A stretch of DNA of 62,794 bases, filler included, from Sphacelaria rigidula (Eukaryota): NCBI GenBank assembly GCA_964200075.2. It is 11 parts of 11 records of this genome, joined end to end, with 100 filler letters (N's around TTAATTAATTAA, not from the genome) between each part and the next. Parts side by side here need not be neighbours in the genome. Positions count along the whole stretch, not along the records: positions 1 to 5,618 come from CAXNAA020025811.1; positions 5,719 to 11,336 come from CAXNAA020025812.1; 9 more parts are not named here. One strand, 5' to 3'. Positions 1 through 9,924 of this stretch are shown here, in pieces. Position 1 is the stretch's first letter. Every line of letters starts with the position of its first letter. Position numbers and translations under genes: made by a program. The notes beneath the pieces are model-generated. The model was not told where the DNA came from. It ran no database searches and was given only the letters and a program-made list of their open reading frames with translations.

Positions 1-171
1 TTTTGCCCAAATACTAGCGCCCCGTGAGTGTGTAGGTCGTCTGACCCCCCCCTGAGAGCCCCTGTTTTGCGTGGAACCTAATCCCCCCCCCCCCCCCCGC
101 CCCCCGCCCTACCGTAGAATCATACGGAAGCTTGATCTAGATCCGGTCGACTTGTCCACTCCGCACTATAG

Positions 172-348
172 GAAATCGGCCGGTTGACCGAAGAGGAAGA
201 CGGTCCCCCTCCCTTCCGTCGAGTTTTCAAAGCGGCGGATCAAAAAGGAACGGGCACCCTCCCTCCTCTGGCCTTCCGCAGATGCCTATTGGAACAGCTC
301 GGTTTCAAACTCACGGAGGCCGAGTGCGAGACTCTCTTAGCGTATATG
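172..348 (+). CDS. Internal exon of an EF-hand (calcium-binding) domain protein
   Basis: Acceptor ...cactatag|GAA at 171/172 and donor ATG|gtgagt at 348/349. Translation EIGRLTEEEDGPPPFRRVFKAADQKGTGTLPPLAFRRCLLEQLGFKLTEAECETLLAYM is a helix-loop-helix (F..AD.KGTG.L) plus an LG..LT..E linker. Joins in phase 0 to the exon at 1476. Confidence 0.85.
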
Positions 349-384
349 GTGAGTGCCGGATCGCCCTAACGAGCCCTGTGACGT

Positions 385-682
385 ACAAAACAATGATTCC
401 GTGAGATTGAGAGTCTAGGATACGATTGAGAGTGACAAGGGGTCAATCAAATGAGTGCAATAGTTTCAGTTCCGAAATGCCCCCCCGGGCCTCAAACGAG
501 GCCCGATACGCTTTTCTGTAGAAAGCTCGCCACTGAAGCCTTTGATATTCCTGAGTAGGATATCGACGTGTAGCTGTAAGCTCATGACGGTAGTGGTACA
601 GGCAAAGAAAGAGCACACGCAAACTGAAGAATTGGTCAAGTTAGAGTGAACAATATAACTCACTCTCAATCAACGCTAGACT
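385..682. repeat. Dispersed repeat with subterminal inverted motif GATTGAGAGT/ACTCTCAATC
   Basis: Reverse-complement matches at about 29130-29265, 51880-51970 and 28591-28625. Class unknown, possibly a non-autonomous DNA or rolling-circle element. Confidence 0.55.
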
Positions 683-789
683 GCTTCTCAACCTCAAGAA
701 AAAATTGTTGTACGTGGTACAGCGCCTTATCGCCTGAATATGTGTTCACCATCATACAATCAATGTCTCGGTGTTCTCAAGGACGTGTG

Positions 790-1419
790 CATGACTCACG
801 CCGAAACACGCAACGTATGAGGGCATTCCCCCCTACCCTCCATCATATCTGGCGATAGGTGATCTGCTACGCACGAAGTCGCCAAGGGATTTCCCGCAAG
901 GGTATGATTTGCAATCTGCACAAGAAGCGTTTCGTTGTATTGACCTTGCTAGATATCATCGTACCCGAACCCCTATACTCTTCGTGTCAGGGATACGGCA
1001 GAGTGATCGAGTCAACCATTACTTTTCAACGAGAGTTCTCTAAACGAACACCTCGGAACATGACATTGAGAGCATACTCCGCTCCTCCACTCATCTACCC
1101 GCCCGCCCTCCGCTCTCGAATTCACACCAAAATCCATCAAATACAGTCGTTTGTGTTGCTGCAATGCACCCATATAATCCATGCCTGAATATCCTGCAAG
1201 CTCACACGTGCAAACTTCGAACCCATCCACCAACTCCACCTGCCTCTCAAGTCGACGTACTGTTCTCCGAACAAGTAACACACTACCAGCACATGCTTCC
1301 CACGACCTTGCCCGCCCCCTACTCCTGGCCCGGCGAAAACCCGGCCTGCTCCGTCTCGGCTTTTTAGGGATGCGAACTCAATGGTCTTATGACGACAGCA
1401 TGCAAGATCATGAGTACAC
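790..1419 (+). mobile_element. Degenerate 5'-truncated non-LTR retrotransposon (LINE family C) in the EF-hand intron
   Basis: LLDIIVPEPLYS resembles the post-RT segment of the LINE at 27580. Ends in the family 3' motif GGGATGCG..TCAATGGTC..GCATGCAAGATCATGAGTACA followed by a C/T run. 5' boundary approximate. Confidence 0.6.
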
Positions 1420-1475
1420 CCCTTCCTTCCCCCTTTCTCCTTCTCGCGCCCTTTCTCTTCCACATGCGTTCGCAG

Positions 1476-1781
1476 GATACCGGTGGAGACAACAACATAT
1501 CGTACCGCGAATTCCTGCAGTTCGTAGGGCACGAAGTGCGAGAACGAACCCCCCCACGCACGAGAAGCCCCGCTGCCCACTCTCGTCGCGAAGGAGAACG
1601 GAGCGCTGCCGGCACGCCTCGCGACCGCTCCTATTCGCCTCGCAGGCGATCAACAGCCTCCGGCGGCGGCGAAAGCGACCGTGACAGTGTTATGCGCACC
1701 CCGCCCCGGGGCCGATCCTCTTCGCCGTCTAGGGGCGGAAGCGGTGGCACAAGCACCGGCAGGCGCAGGAGCAGACGTTGA
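1476..1781 (+). CDS. Terminal exon of the same EF-hand protein (second EF loop plus Arg/Ser/Pro-rich tail)
   Basis: Polypyrimidine tract and cgcag|GAT acceptor. Spliced junction reads LLAYM|DTGGDNNISYREFLQFV, an EF-hand loop with I at position 8 and E at position 12. Followed by RTPPRTRSP...RSYSPRRRS and TGA at 1779-1781. Confidence 0.85.
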   Translation, partial: DTGGDNNISYREFLQFVGHEVRERTPPRTRSPAAHSRREGERSAAGTPRDRSYSPRRRSTASGGGESDRDSVMRTPPRGRSSSPSRGGSGGTSTGRRRSRR

Positions 1782-1971
1782 AAAGAACCGCGTTTTGTTC
1801 ATTGTGCGCGTTCGTTTTCGGAGGCGTTCGAAAACATTGTTTGTGCCTCAATGGCCTTTTAGCCTGAACTCCTCCTCTGTAAGCGGAAAGCGGAAAGTAA
1901 GTGTACTCGATGGGAGTAGCTGGGGAGTGCAGGAGGCTCCGCGGGACACACTCTCCAAAAGTGGACACATG

Positions 1972-2292
1972 CTGTTGTTGTTGTTGTTGTTGTTGTCTTG
2001 TCACCCTTTCAACCCCTGCCCCTCGTCGAGACGAGTCCGTCAAGTCAAGGAATCAACCCTTTTCACCCCCCGCACCCGCCTTGAATTTTGGTATCGCGGA
2101 TTGGGTTAGCACCCCTACACCGCACCGATTCTCGTCAAGGAATCTCTTCTACCTACCATGCCCTGACGTTTCCAACGACGGAAATCAAGTATATCCCCAA
2201 TGCCAACTCAAACGCATTTGGCGGGGTTCGAACCCGCGTTGTTCCGACTTAACTGTTACTGTTGTTCGTCGTACCAGCTGGACCGCCGGGGC
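1972..2292 (-). mobile_element. tRNA-derived SINE (family B) with (CAA)n tail
   Basis: Minus strand starts GCCCCGGCGGTCCAGCTGGTA (A-box-like) and contains GGTTCGAACCC (B box). No acceptor stem. Body is shared with 30290-30590 and 45744-45922 and ends in (CAA)n. Confidence 0.75.
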
Positions 2293-2659
2293 GCTGCGGT
2301 ATAGGCATCTATAATACAAGCATACCATAAAGGAAGGATACCTCTGGAATCGTGCAGTGTTGCGAGTCCACTCCCGATCACGACTGCCTTGGGAGGTCAA
2401 TCAAATCTCCATCATATATACTTTTGATGTGATCGATCGATTGAACGATTGGATGATCGGTGGAGTGACTTTCACTCGTAATATCGTTGATAATAAATGC
2501 CATAAATATAGCCTGGGGTACATGACGGACATGCTCAGGGGTAGCGATAAACGGGAGGCATCTTTACCTAAGGGAATTTGAGCGAAGTTTACAAAAAACC
2601 GAAATAAGAAAACAAATGGGAAGCAAACAAAGGGAACTGCAAAACAGGGGGGGGGGGGT

Positions 2660-3000
2660 TACTCGTGATCTTGCACGCGGTAGTTAGTCATCTGACCATT
2701 GACCTCGTATCCCTCCAAAGCCTGGGCGGACCACGCCGTGTTTTCGCCGGACCAGGCTCGCAATCGATCACCAAGCGCGAAGCGCCGTGATGTGCTCGGT
2801 GAGTCGCATGAAGGGTAAGCTGCATCCTGCTAAGATTGTTCGGTCCGAAGTGTACTGATTATCTTACCTGAGAATGACAGCGTACGATGATTTGCTTCAT
2901 TTTCTGAGATCACCACTTCCAGAAACAGCCACGGCTTGCGCGCTGCCTCACAGATGTCGCACCATTTAAACACTTCGTAGTTTGGTCATCCCCTCTGCAC
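2660..3000 (-). mobile_element. LINE family C 3' fragment ending at a long C-run
   Basis: Aligns by eye with 22873-23078, 31125-31352 and 34688-34989. The 3' end abuts the G-run at about 2647-2658 (C-run on the element strand). Confidence 0.75.
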
Positions 3001-4243
3001 GTAGTTGAGGTTCTTCAGCCCCGCACAATATAATCTAGCTCGTCCATCATCATGGTTACCCCAAGTGAAACGCGAGCACGCGAAAAAACGGCAACCTGGT
3101 TACCTGGCTTACGCTGTGAGTGGCGTGTTTGACAGCGTCATTTCCAACCAACACCATCCCCACAGGTGATCCGTCTCTACAAAGATGGACGGAACATGCC
3201 GGGTTTTCGCCGAAGCAGACCCCTGACGCCTGGCTTCAGACGAGGATTCCGTAAAAACAAAGCAAAATATGTAACAAACACAGCCCACGTTACAAACACC
3301 ACCGAAGCATGTTGTGGCTCAACGATATACCTAGGTCATGTAGGGAGTCTCACCCACGAGCTTTGCTGGAGCGAGACCGGATGTGCTATGCTAATGACAT
3401 GTCACTAGGAAATAAATACAGAATTGAAAAACATAACGGACGGGAAAAGCGGGATGGAGAGAAGGCGGGAAAGGAATCGAGAGGAAATGAAGAAAGAGGA
3501 AGGATCTCGGAGACACAGCACAGAAATGTAGTTACTACAGGAAGAAAAGCGACATCGATGAAAAGGGTACAAGCCAAGGGAAGAGGTCAATACCCGGTCA
3601 AACAAGTCCCCTTGTAGGTATATTCTGGCATTTATGTATTTATATCCGAAGTATTCATCAGTTTTTGCGCTACCCCCATCTGCCCGCCCATGAGGGGCAA
3701 ACCAAGCCACTCCCTCAGCATTCATCTCGGATTCCTTGCGGGCTATTGCTTATTGTGTCACCGGTGGCGGCTCTCCAGTTGCGGGCATGCGTGTTTAATA
3801 TGTGCGACCTAATATAGTATACGGATACCTAAGGCTTTTGCTTGACGAGCGAGATTACAACGTTCCGGCAAACCCGATCCATGCGCGTTGTTACTGCTGC
3901 ATCACGTTTTGTGGCTGTGCTATTTATTCGCTGGAACACTATGCGTAGCTTGTCTCCCTACCGCTTGCGCATTCGAGGAGACAACATTGTATAGGCCGCA
4001 AACTTCATCGACTAAATAAGGAGGTACAATCTGAGTTATCCCCGTGAGGACGAAAGGCTCATGACGCCCAGTGTTGAGTCGAGGATTAATCAGCGCGCAT
4101 CTTCATCACATGTCATTTAAGCCGATTGTCGAAATTGAGGATGGGGCTTTTCATTTAGGATGAGAACCCGGAGGATTGAAATCTTCGTATCCGCACCAAA
4201 TCTTCGAAATAGAATACCATTCCTTTACTTACTGGTAGCTGTT

Positions 4244-4894
4244 AATATGGGGTTTTACAAATTGGGGATGGGTTTTTTGGGGGGGATGAAAACCCGTAGA
4301 ATAAAAATCTTCGTATCCACACCAAATCTTCGAAGGATGCTTCCATTTCTTCACTTGCTGGTAGCTATCGACAACTACTGCACGTCATACAAATTTGGAT
4401 TTCGATACCGGAAATATCGGGGTACTAGGTGAAAAACCAATTTTGGCGTCCGATCGGACACCTAAAACTTCCAAGAAATGGTTCTTCACCTAGAACTCCG
4501 ACATTTCGGTTATCGAAATCCAAATTTGTATGGCGTGTAGTAGTTGTCAAAAGCTTAAGTTAAATTCCAATTCAAACGTTAGCCAACAGCCATAATTTGT
4601 AATAATGATTCCTTCATAAAACTTGTATTCGTTTTTTTTTTTTTTCAAGTATACACCTGGACTTCGAATTATTTGTCTCACAATAATTATTTCACAACCA
4701 TAAAAAATAAAAGTTCCTTTGTCTGTCACTAATGGAATTTCCCCAAAACAGACTCTGTTTAGGTGAAAAATAATCACCATCAAGTGGAGAAATGAACGCA
4801 TACTTGGAAGATTCGGTGTGGATACGAAGATTGTTTTCCTCGGGGTTCTCATCCCCAACAAAAAATCCATCCCCAAATTGTAAAATCCCGTGTT
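4244..4894. mobile_element. Foldback/MITE (inner copy) with 4-bp TSD TGTT, carrying a plastid insert
   Basis: Termini aatatggggttttac / gtaaaatcccgtgtt match the AACACGGG TIR of 44122-44564. TGTT occurs at 4240-4243 and 4895-4898. Confidence 0.8.
4551..4770 (-). pseudogene. rpoB: Nuclear insertion of plastid DNA (NUPT): RNA polymerase beta subunit fragment
   Basis: Very AT-rich island. Minus-strand translation RVCFGEIPLVTDKGTFIFYGCEIIIVRQIIRSPGVY...YEGIIITNYGCWLTFEL matches the conserved RpoB N-terminal motif GEIPLMT..GTFIING.ER.IV.Q..RSPG.Y...RG.WL.FE. Confidence 0.85.
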
Positions 4895-5424
4895 TGTTGA
4901 CAACTGCTACACGTCATACAAATTTGGATTTCGATTACCGAATTGTTGGGGTCCTAGATGAAGAAACAATTTTCGGGATTTGAAGTGATCCGATCGGATC
5001 GCCGAAATTCCCCAAAATTGGCTTTTCACCTAAAACCTCAACATTTCGGTTTTCGGAACAAAAAATTGTATAACGTGTAGCACTTGTCAATACCCACCAG
5101 TAGGTGAAGGAATGGGACCATACTTCGAAGATTTGGTGCGGATACGATTATTTTAATCCTCTGGGTTTTCATCATCAATGAAGAGCTCCATCCTCAATTC
5201 CGATGATCGGCTGTTTTTACGCGTGTTTACTGGGGTTGGCGCAATGATCAATCATCACGGAACCCATCGCAAACCTGTGCCCTTTGCGTGATGCCGCGTC
5301 CTTATTTTCTGCTGTATAACAGGTACTCGGAATAGTTGGCTCAGCCGTCTACTCGTGGCAGTTGCTTTCGTATTTTGATATTCGACGAAAGGAAGTACTT
5401 TGTTGTGACTGCACCAGTTTCGCT

Positions 5425-5618
5425 GTCCCATCTATTCTGGACGCCGGTCTACCATTTTCGGCATGTGTGGGCGCACCAGCCGGGGTCACACAGGAGGAAG
5501 GCCAACACAGAAGTTTTTTTTTTTTTTTGGTACCCCACCTTCCTTCTGCGGTGCTCGCCTTTTTTTTTTATCGCGAGAGGGGTTCAGCTTTCCGCTTCTC
5601 TCATCGACCCACGACAAA
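5425..5618 (-). mobile_element. tRNA-derived SINE (family A), 3' part, cut by contig end
   Basis: High similarity to 8861-9215 and 49336-49680 (gtcccatctattctggacgccggtctac...cagccggggtcacacaggaggaagg). Confidence 0.8.
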
Positions 5619-5718
5619 NNNNNNNNNNNNNNNNNNNNNNNNNNNNNNNNNNNNNNNNNNNNTTAATTAATTAANNNNNNNNNNNNNNNNNNNNNNNNNN
5701 NNNNNNNNNNNNNNNNNN
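5619..5718. other. Artificial contig linker (44 N + TTAATTAATTAA + 44 N), one of ten
   Basis: Identical 100-nt six-frame-stop linkers also occur at 11337-11436, 17055-17154, 22773-22872, 28491-28590, 34209-34308, 39927-40026, 45644-45743, 51361-51460 and 57078-57177. Confidence 0.99.
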
Positions 5719-5967
5719 GTGTTTCAGCACGCTTTTAACCAAGGGCAGTTTCAGATGGCTGGGATTGTACGCATGGCAGAGGCAGAGGATCGTTCGTTGA
5801 TCGTATTGGCCGACTGGGTAGGTTTTGAAGTCGAGGAGCGTACGTGGGAGCCTTTTGAAAGTATTTTTGAGGCAGCTCCGAACTTTCTCAAGAAGGAGTT
5901 GCGTAAGGTGCGAGTGACTCGCTCTATTGCTGCTCGCATTACGCGTGAGTTTGGGACTCAGTTGTGA
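5719..5967 (+). mobile_element. C-terminal chromodomain of a Ty3/Gypsy (chromovirus-like) pol
   Basis: FQMAGIV...LIVLADWVGFEVEERTWEPFESIFEAAP matches the chromodomain pattern V.W.G...E.TWEP...L. Followed by a short 3' UTR and a G-rich tract. Confidence 0.85.
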
Positions 5968-6039
5968 CTTGCTCAATCGTTTTAGCGTTAGTTTTCTGAT
6001 TGTCAAGCTTGTTGATCGATTTCTCGTCCAACGCGTTTT

Positions 6040-8300
6040 GGGGGTGCTGTGGCGAAATCACGCCGTCACGGTTGAGAAAATGGTGGATCCTGGATGATGA
6101 CCAGGGGACAAGGGCATCCTGTAGATGATGACTCTTGCTGTGTAGCCCAGGCCAGATGGTGCAAGGCTGCAGAGTTTTCACTCCAAGATAATAATAAGGT
6201 GTTGTGAAGGCTGTTGAGCTGTTGAGATGCTGCTTTGTGATTGTCCACTATGTACACATGTCGTGGTGGCTCGGCGCTTGATGAGAAGCGTGGAGGTAGC
6301 GGCAAAGTCCGCTCGACTGTTCAAAATGATGAGGCGCAGCAATATATCATAGTCGATGATCGTGTTGTTCCTGTACTAGCGCTGGAGGTGCCGTACTACG
6401 GCCGTACTTTTCGAGCGAGAAATCAGCCGAGTTTTTACGGGAATACGAGAAACATGTGTCTGTCAGCGGGGACAGGCACGACTGTGCGCTTGCCGAACGT
6501 GCAGTAGGTGATGCATATTTGAAACAACGATACAGGGCAGCTGCCTACACTGTTTAGGCCGGAAAACATGTGTCTGCCCGAGGGGAAAGGCACGAAAGTG
6601 CACCCGCCGAACGTGCAGTAGGTGGTCCGCGTCTGAAACAAGGATACAGGGCAGATCCTTGCACTGTGAAAGCCGAGAAGTATATATCTGCCCGAGGGGA
6701 CAGGCACGATAGTGGACCTGCTGAGCGTGCAGTAGTAGGAACGGCTCGCCCGCAGCTGAAGCAACAAGGCGGTGCCGTTTTGAGGAGCACGAAGGTGACG
6801 ACGCATGTGTCTGTCCGAAAAGGGGCACTGGGCAGCAAGAACAGGGAGAGTACAGTCGTCGGTGCTGAATTAGCAGCCGCTGGCAGTGCTGGTGGAAGAG
6901 GTGAACAAGTCACACAGCCATCGCTAGTCCGAGAGGACAGGCACGACAGCGCTAGAGGCGTTGCCGCTATCGCCGCCAAGAAGCAAGCCGGGCAGGAGGA
7001 GGTGGCGGCTGTAGCGAGTATGGGTGATCCTGCTGCTGCTGTTGGCGATGTTGAGAGGGAGAGGTCTACATGGGTCAATGAGCAAGTACTGGTGGGCGGA
7101 GTTCCCAGTTGTACCCGCTCAACACTTGTCAGGCGTGCTAAGGCACATCACAAAAACAACGCAGTATGGCCGAGCACACAGATACCCCCTCACCAGACGC
7201 GGAAGGAATGAGCTGCGATGTTTACGCGATTCACCGCCAGTTGGAAGCGGTTGCGGAAACGCAAGGGAAGGCCGGAGCGAGGGTTTTTGCAGAGCAGGCT
7301 GCAAGAGCCGTTGGGGCAGCGCATTTCCCCCCGACGCACACATCACCCCCCGGACGGCTCCCGGATGCCATCAACTTGGATGCCGCTAAGGAAAATGCAT
7401 CTAGACACTCACTCGGGCCTGTGTGGGAAACACCAGGCGGTCATAATTGCGGCTGTGTGAACGGAGGACATCGAGAAAAACGGAAAGAAACTAACAGGAA
7501 CAGCCTACCGCAATCAGGTGCGGACAATCGTACTCCACTATGGTCGGTACATGCAGTTGGGTTGAGTACAGCGTCGCGATGTGGCTTCAGTCTAACCTGT
7601 GGTGTAACATCTCCACATTGCAGGTGAGCGTAGCCCATGAGGACAGACAGCACACACACGATAGCGCCGGCCAGCTTGATCGATCATACGCAGCACGGAG
7701 CATGTCTTGGCAACCGTAATGAATGATGAACCCGTACTATACACAAATGATACCGTCGAAATGCACAACAGAAAGTAGTGTACAAACAGTACTGTAGTGT
7801 GCATGCCGTGAGACATCAGTCAAGTAGCTATTCTCGTGCACGGAACCACTACAGAGCAGAAGGGCAGCACCCCTGGCCGGGTGTATAAGTGACCACCTCT
7901 GTGTGCCGCTATAGAGTGGTCCACCTCCAGTACACGTACGTGCAGGTTCATGATGATCTACAAGTGGAACAATCTGCTGTAGGCGTTTTCTATTGGTTGA
8001 CGGACTTGCGGGTCTGATCGGCAGACTCTGTGGACTTGAACATCACATGCTTCACGCATGTGGTTACTTCCGATAACGAAGGCTGTGTGTTCATGAATAA
8101 CAACTGTCTTGAAGTCTCCAGGCCCTAGTGAGGGAGAGAGCCAGCCCTTGGAGCAATCTTGTGACCTTGTTCTGAGTCCAGAAGGGCTCTTTAATGAACT
8201 TCTATTGAGAGGAACCCGCTGGTTTCTGGAAGAGGTTTTTCAGCTATGACCAACTGCGGAGAAATTACATCAGACGATGTACACAGGAGTGTGCACTCTG
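6040..8300 (+). mobile_element. Putative PPT plus LTR/long spacer between chromodomain and gag
   Basis: GGGGG at 6040-6044 is followed by TGTGG at 6048 (PPT-then-TG pattern). TATA-like gtataag near 7883. Right boundary and PBS not identified. Confidence 0.45.
6452..6740 (+). repeat. 114-bp tandem repeat (about 2.5 copies) encoding 38-aa units
   Basis: acatgtgtctg units start at 6452 and 6566, with a third near 6680. Translation repeats KH(V/I)SARG(D/E)RH(D/E)S.PAERAV. Confidence 0.85.
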
Positions 8301-8365
8301 CAACGTGAGGGAGCTCACTGACAACGGAGAGACGGCTAGGTTGGCTAGAGCTGTTGCGTGCAGCT

Positions 8366-9924
8366 ATGGCAACGCGCAAAAAAGTGGGTGATGGCGATGC
8401 AGGCGAAGAGGTGAAGTTGAAGTTCACTGAGCTTATTCCTGCAGGATCGCTGAAAGCCCCAGAGTACGAACAGCAATTTAGCGAAAATGCGTCCCGACGT
8501 TTTTATCAGAAATACGTCGAGCATAAAGAGGCGGTCAAAATGAACAACAAGGGACGTAACATGCAGGCCGTCCTACTGACTGTTACTGAACCGATGCCGA
8601 AGCACACCCGTGCGTGTTTGTCACGCGCGATTTTTGACGGATACGTGCTTGACGAAGATGATCTCAAGGAGGCACTAGGCCGACACGCGAAATGTTGGGA
8701 AGACGAAGATATTGATCCTTCAGTTGCTGCTGCTGGAGTGCGGAAAGCGTTGGCGGCCCGCAACGAGAAAACTGCAATGGGAAGAGTAGAAGGGCAGTGG
8801 AGTGCCCTGGAGGAATTTTTTGCGGAGAATACTAGCGCTGAGCGTGCGTTCCGCGCTGATGTGTTATTGTGTGTTGTCGTCCCATTTATTCTGGACGCCA
8901 GTCTACGGGGATATGTGGGCGCATCAGCCGGGGTCACACAGGAGGGAGGTCGACACAGGAGCTTTTTTCTTTTCTATTTGTTTTTAGTACCCCACCTTCC
9001 TTCTGCGGTGCTTGCCGTTTTACTTTTTATCGCGAGAGGGGTTCAGCAGTCCCTTCCCTCGTCGACCGTTAAGTCGAATTTTGTGTACCCACGACATAGT
9101 CGCTCTCCACTGTTCGGATTGGTGTAAAACAAATCCAAGACCGCTCCGGGGATCGATCCCCACAACTTAACCGTCAGAAGATTATGAGGTTACCAACTGA
9201 GCCACCGGGGCGACCTGCTCAGTTGGTAATACAGGTTTCAAACCAGGACCCGCTCAAATCATAACTCGGGAAATGTTGAATGGACTGACCCCCCCCCGAA
9301 TTCAAAACTAAAGTCCTCAACGTGTTGAACATGAAAAGGGGGTGGAAGGAGGTCCCTGGGCTCGTGTTTAACACGGCTCGGGAAGCAGCGGAGGCATGGA
9401 AGACGGTGGAAGCGGCAGATAAGCAGCGCCGTCAGCAGCCGCAGCTGAAACAAAGGAGTGGCAGCGGGACTTCCGGAAGCAAGCGCCAACCAAATGGTGG
9501 AACAACGGCGAGCAGTGGAAATGGCACTGCCAGTTCCGGGAAAACTCGCAAACCAGGCCCAAACTATGCAGGATGTTTCATATGTGGAAACAAGGGCCAT
9601 TTCCGGAAGGATTGCAAGCAGCAACGCCAGGCTGGTGCTGCAAAACGTAGTGACGGTGGGCAGACGACGGCTGGCGATAAGCAGCAGCAACAACAGCAAC
9701 TGTCGCAGGGCCCTGGACAGGTGCCTTGCGGAGGGGGCACGAGTCCCGCCCCTACAGGGGCTGTATTTTCAGCCGATGGACAAATTGCTCCCAGCCAGGG
9801 GGCGACGTTGCCACCAGAACCGGTCGTTTCTACTGGTGGCGTGCAGCAGACCATGTCATCGCACTCGTTCCCGGGTTTGAACTCTGTGGCGATGCCAGGA
9901 TGGAGATCGCTCAAAGCGGGTTAG
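8366..9924 (+). pseudogene. gag: Gypsy gag, disrupted by a SINE insertion and a frameshift
   Basis: ATG at 8366 (MATRKKVG...). CCHC zinc knuckle CFICGNKGHFRKDC near 9575-9615. SINE at 8861-9215, extra C in the run at 9289-9297, TAG at 9922-9924. Confidence 0.85.
8861..9215 (-). mobile_element. Full-length tRNA-derived SINE (family A) inserted in gag
   Basis: Minus strand GGTCGCCCCGGTGGCTCAGTTGGTAA (A box) ... GGGATCGATCCC (B-box-like), with a (CA/CAA)-rich 3' end. Confidence 0.85.

Larger units (their letters stand above)
4120..5212. mobile_element. Foldback/MITE (outer copy) interrupted by a related copy
   Basis: Inverted termini agccgattgtcgaaattgagg / cctcaattccgatgatcggct. Arms are homologous to the intact copy at 44122-44564. 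Confidence 0.8.

Noticed and set aside
4030..4060. ctgagttatcccgtgaggacgaaa resembles hammerhead stem II
   Set aside because: The CUGANGA core is broken, there are no flanking stems, and it is a single copy.
5663..5674. Recurrent TTAATTAATTAA motif
   Set aside because: Synthetic six-frame stop linker, not biological.
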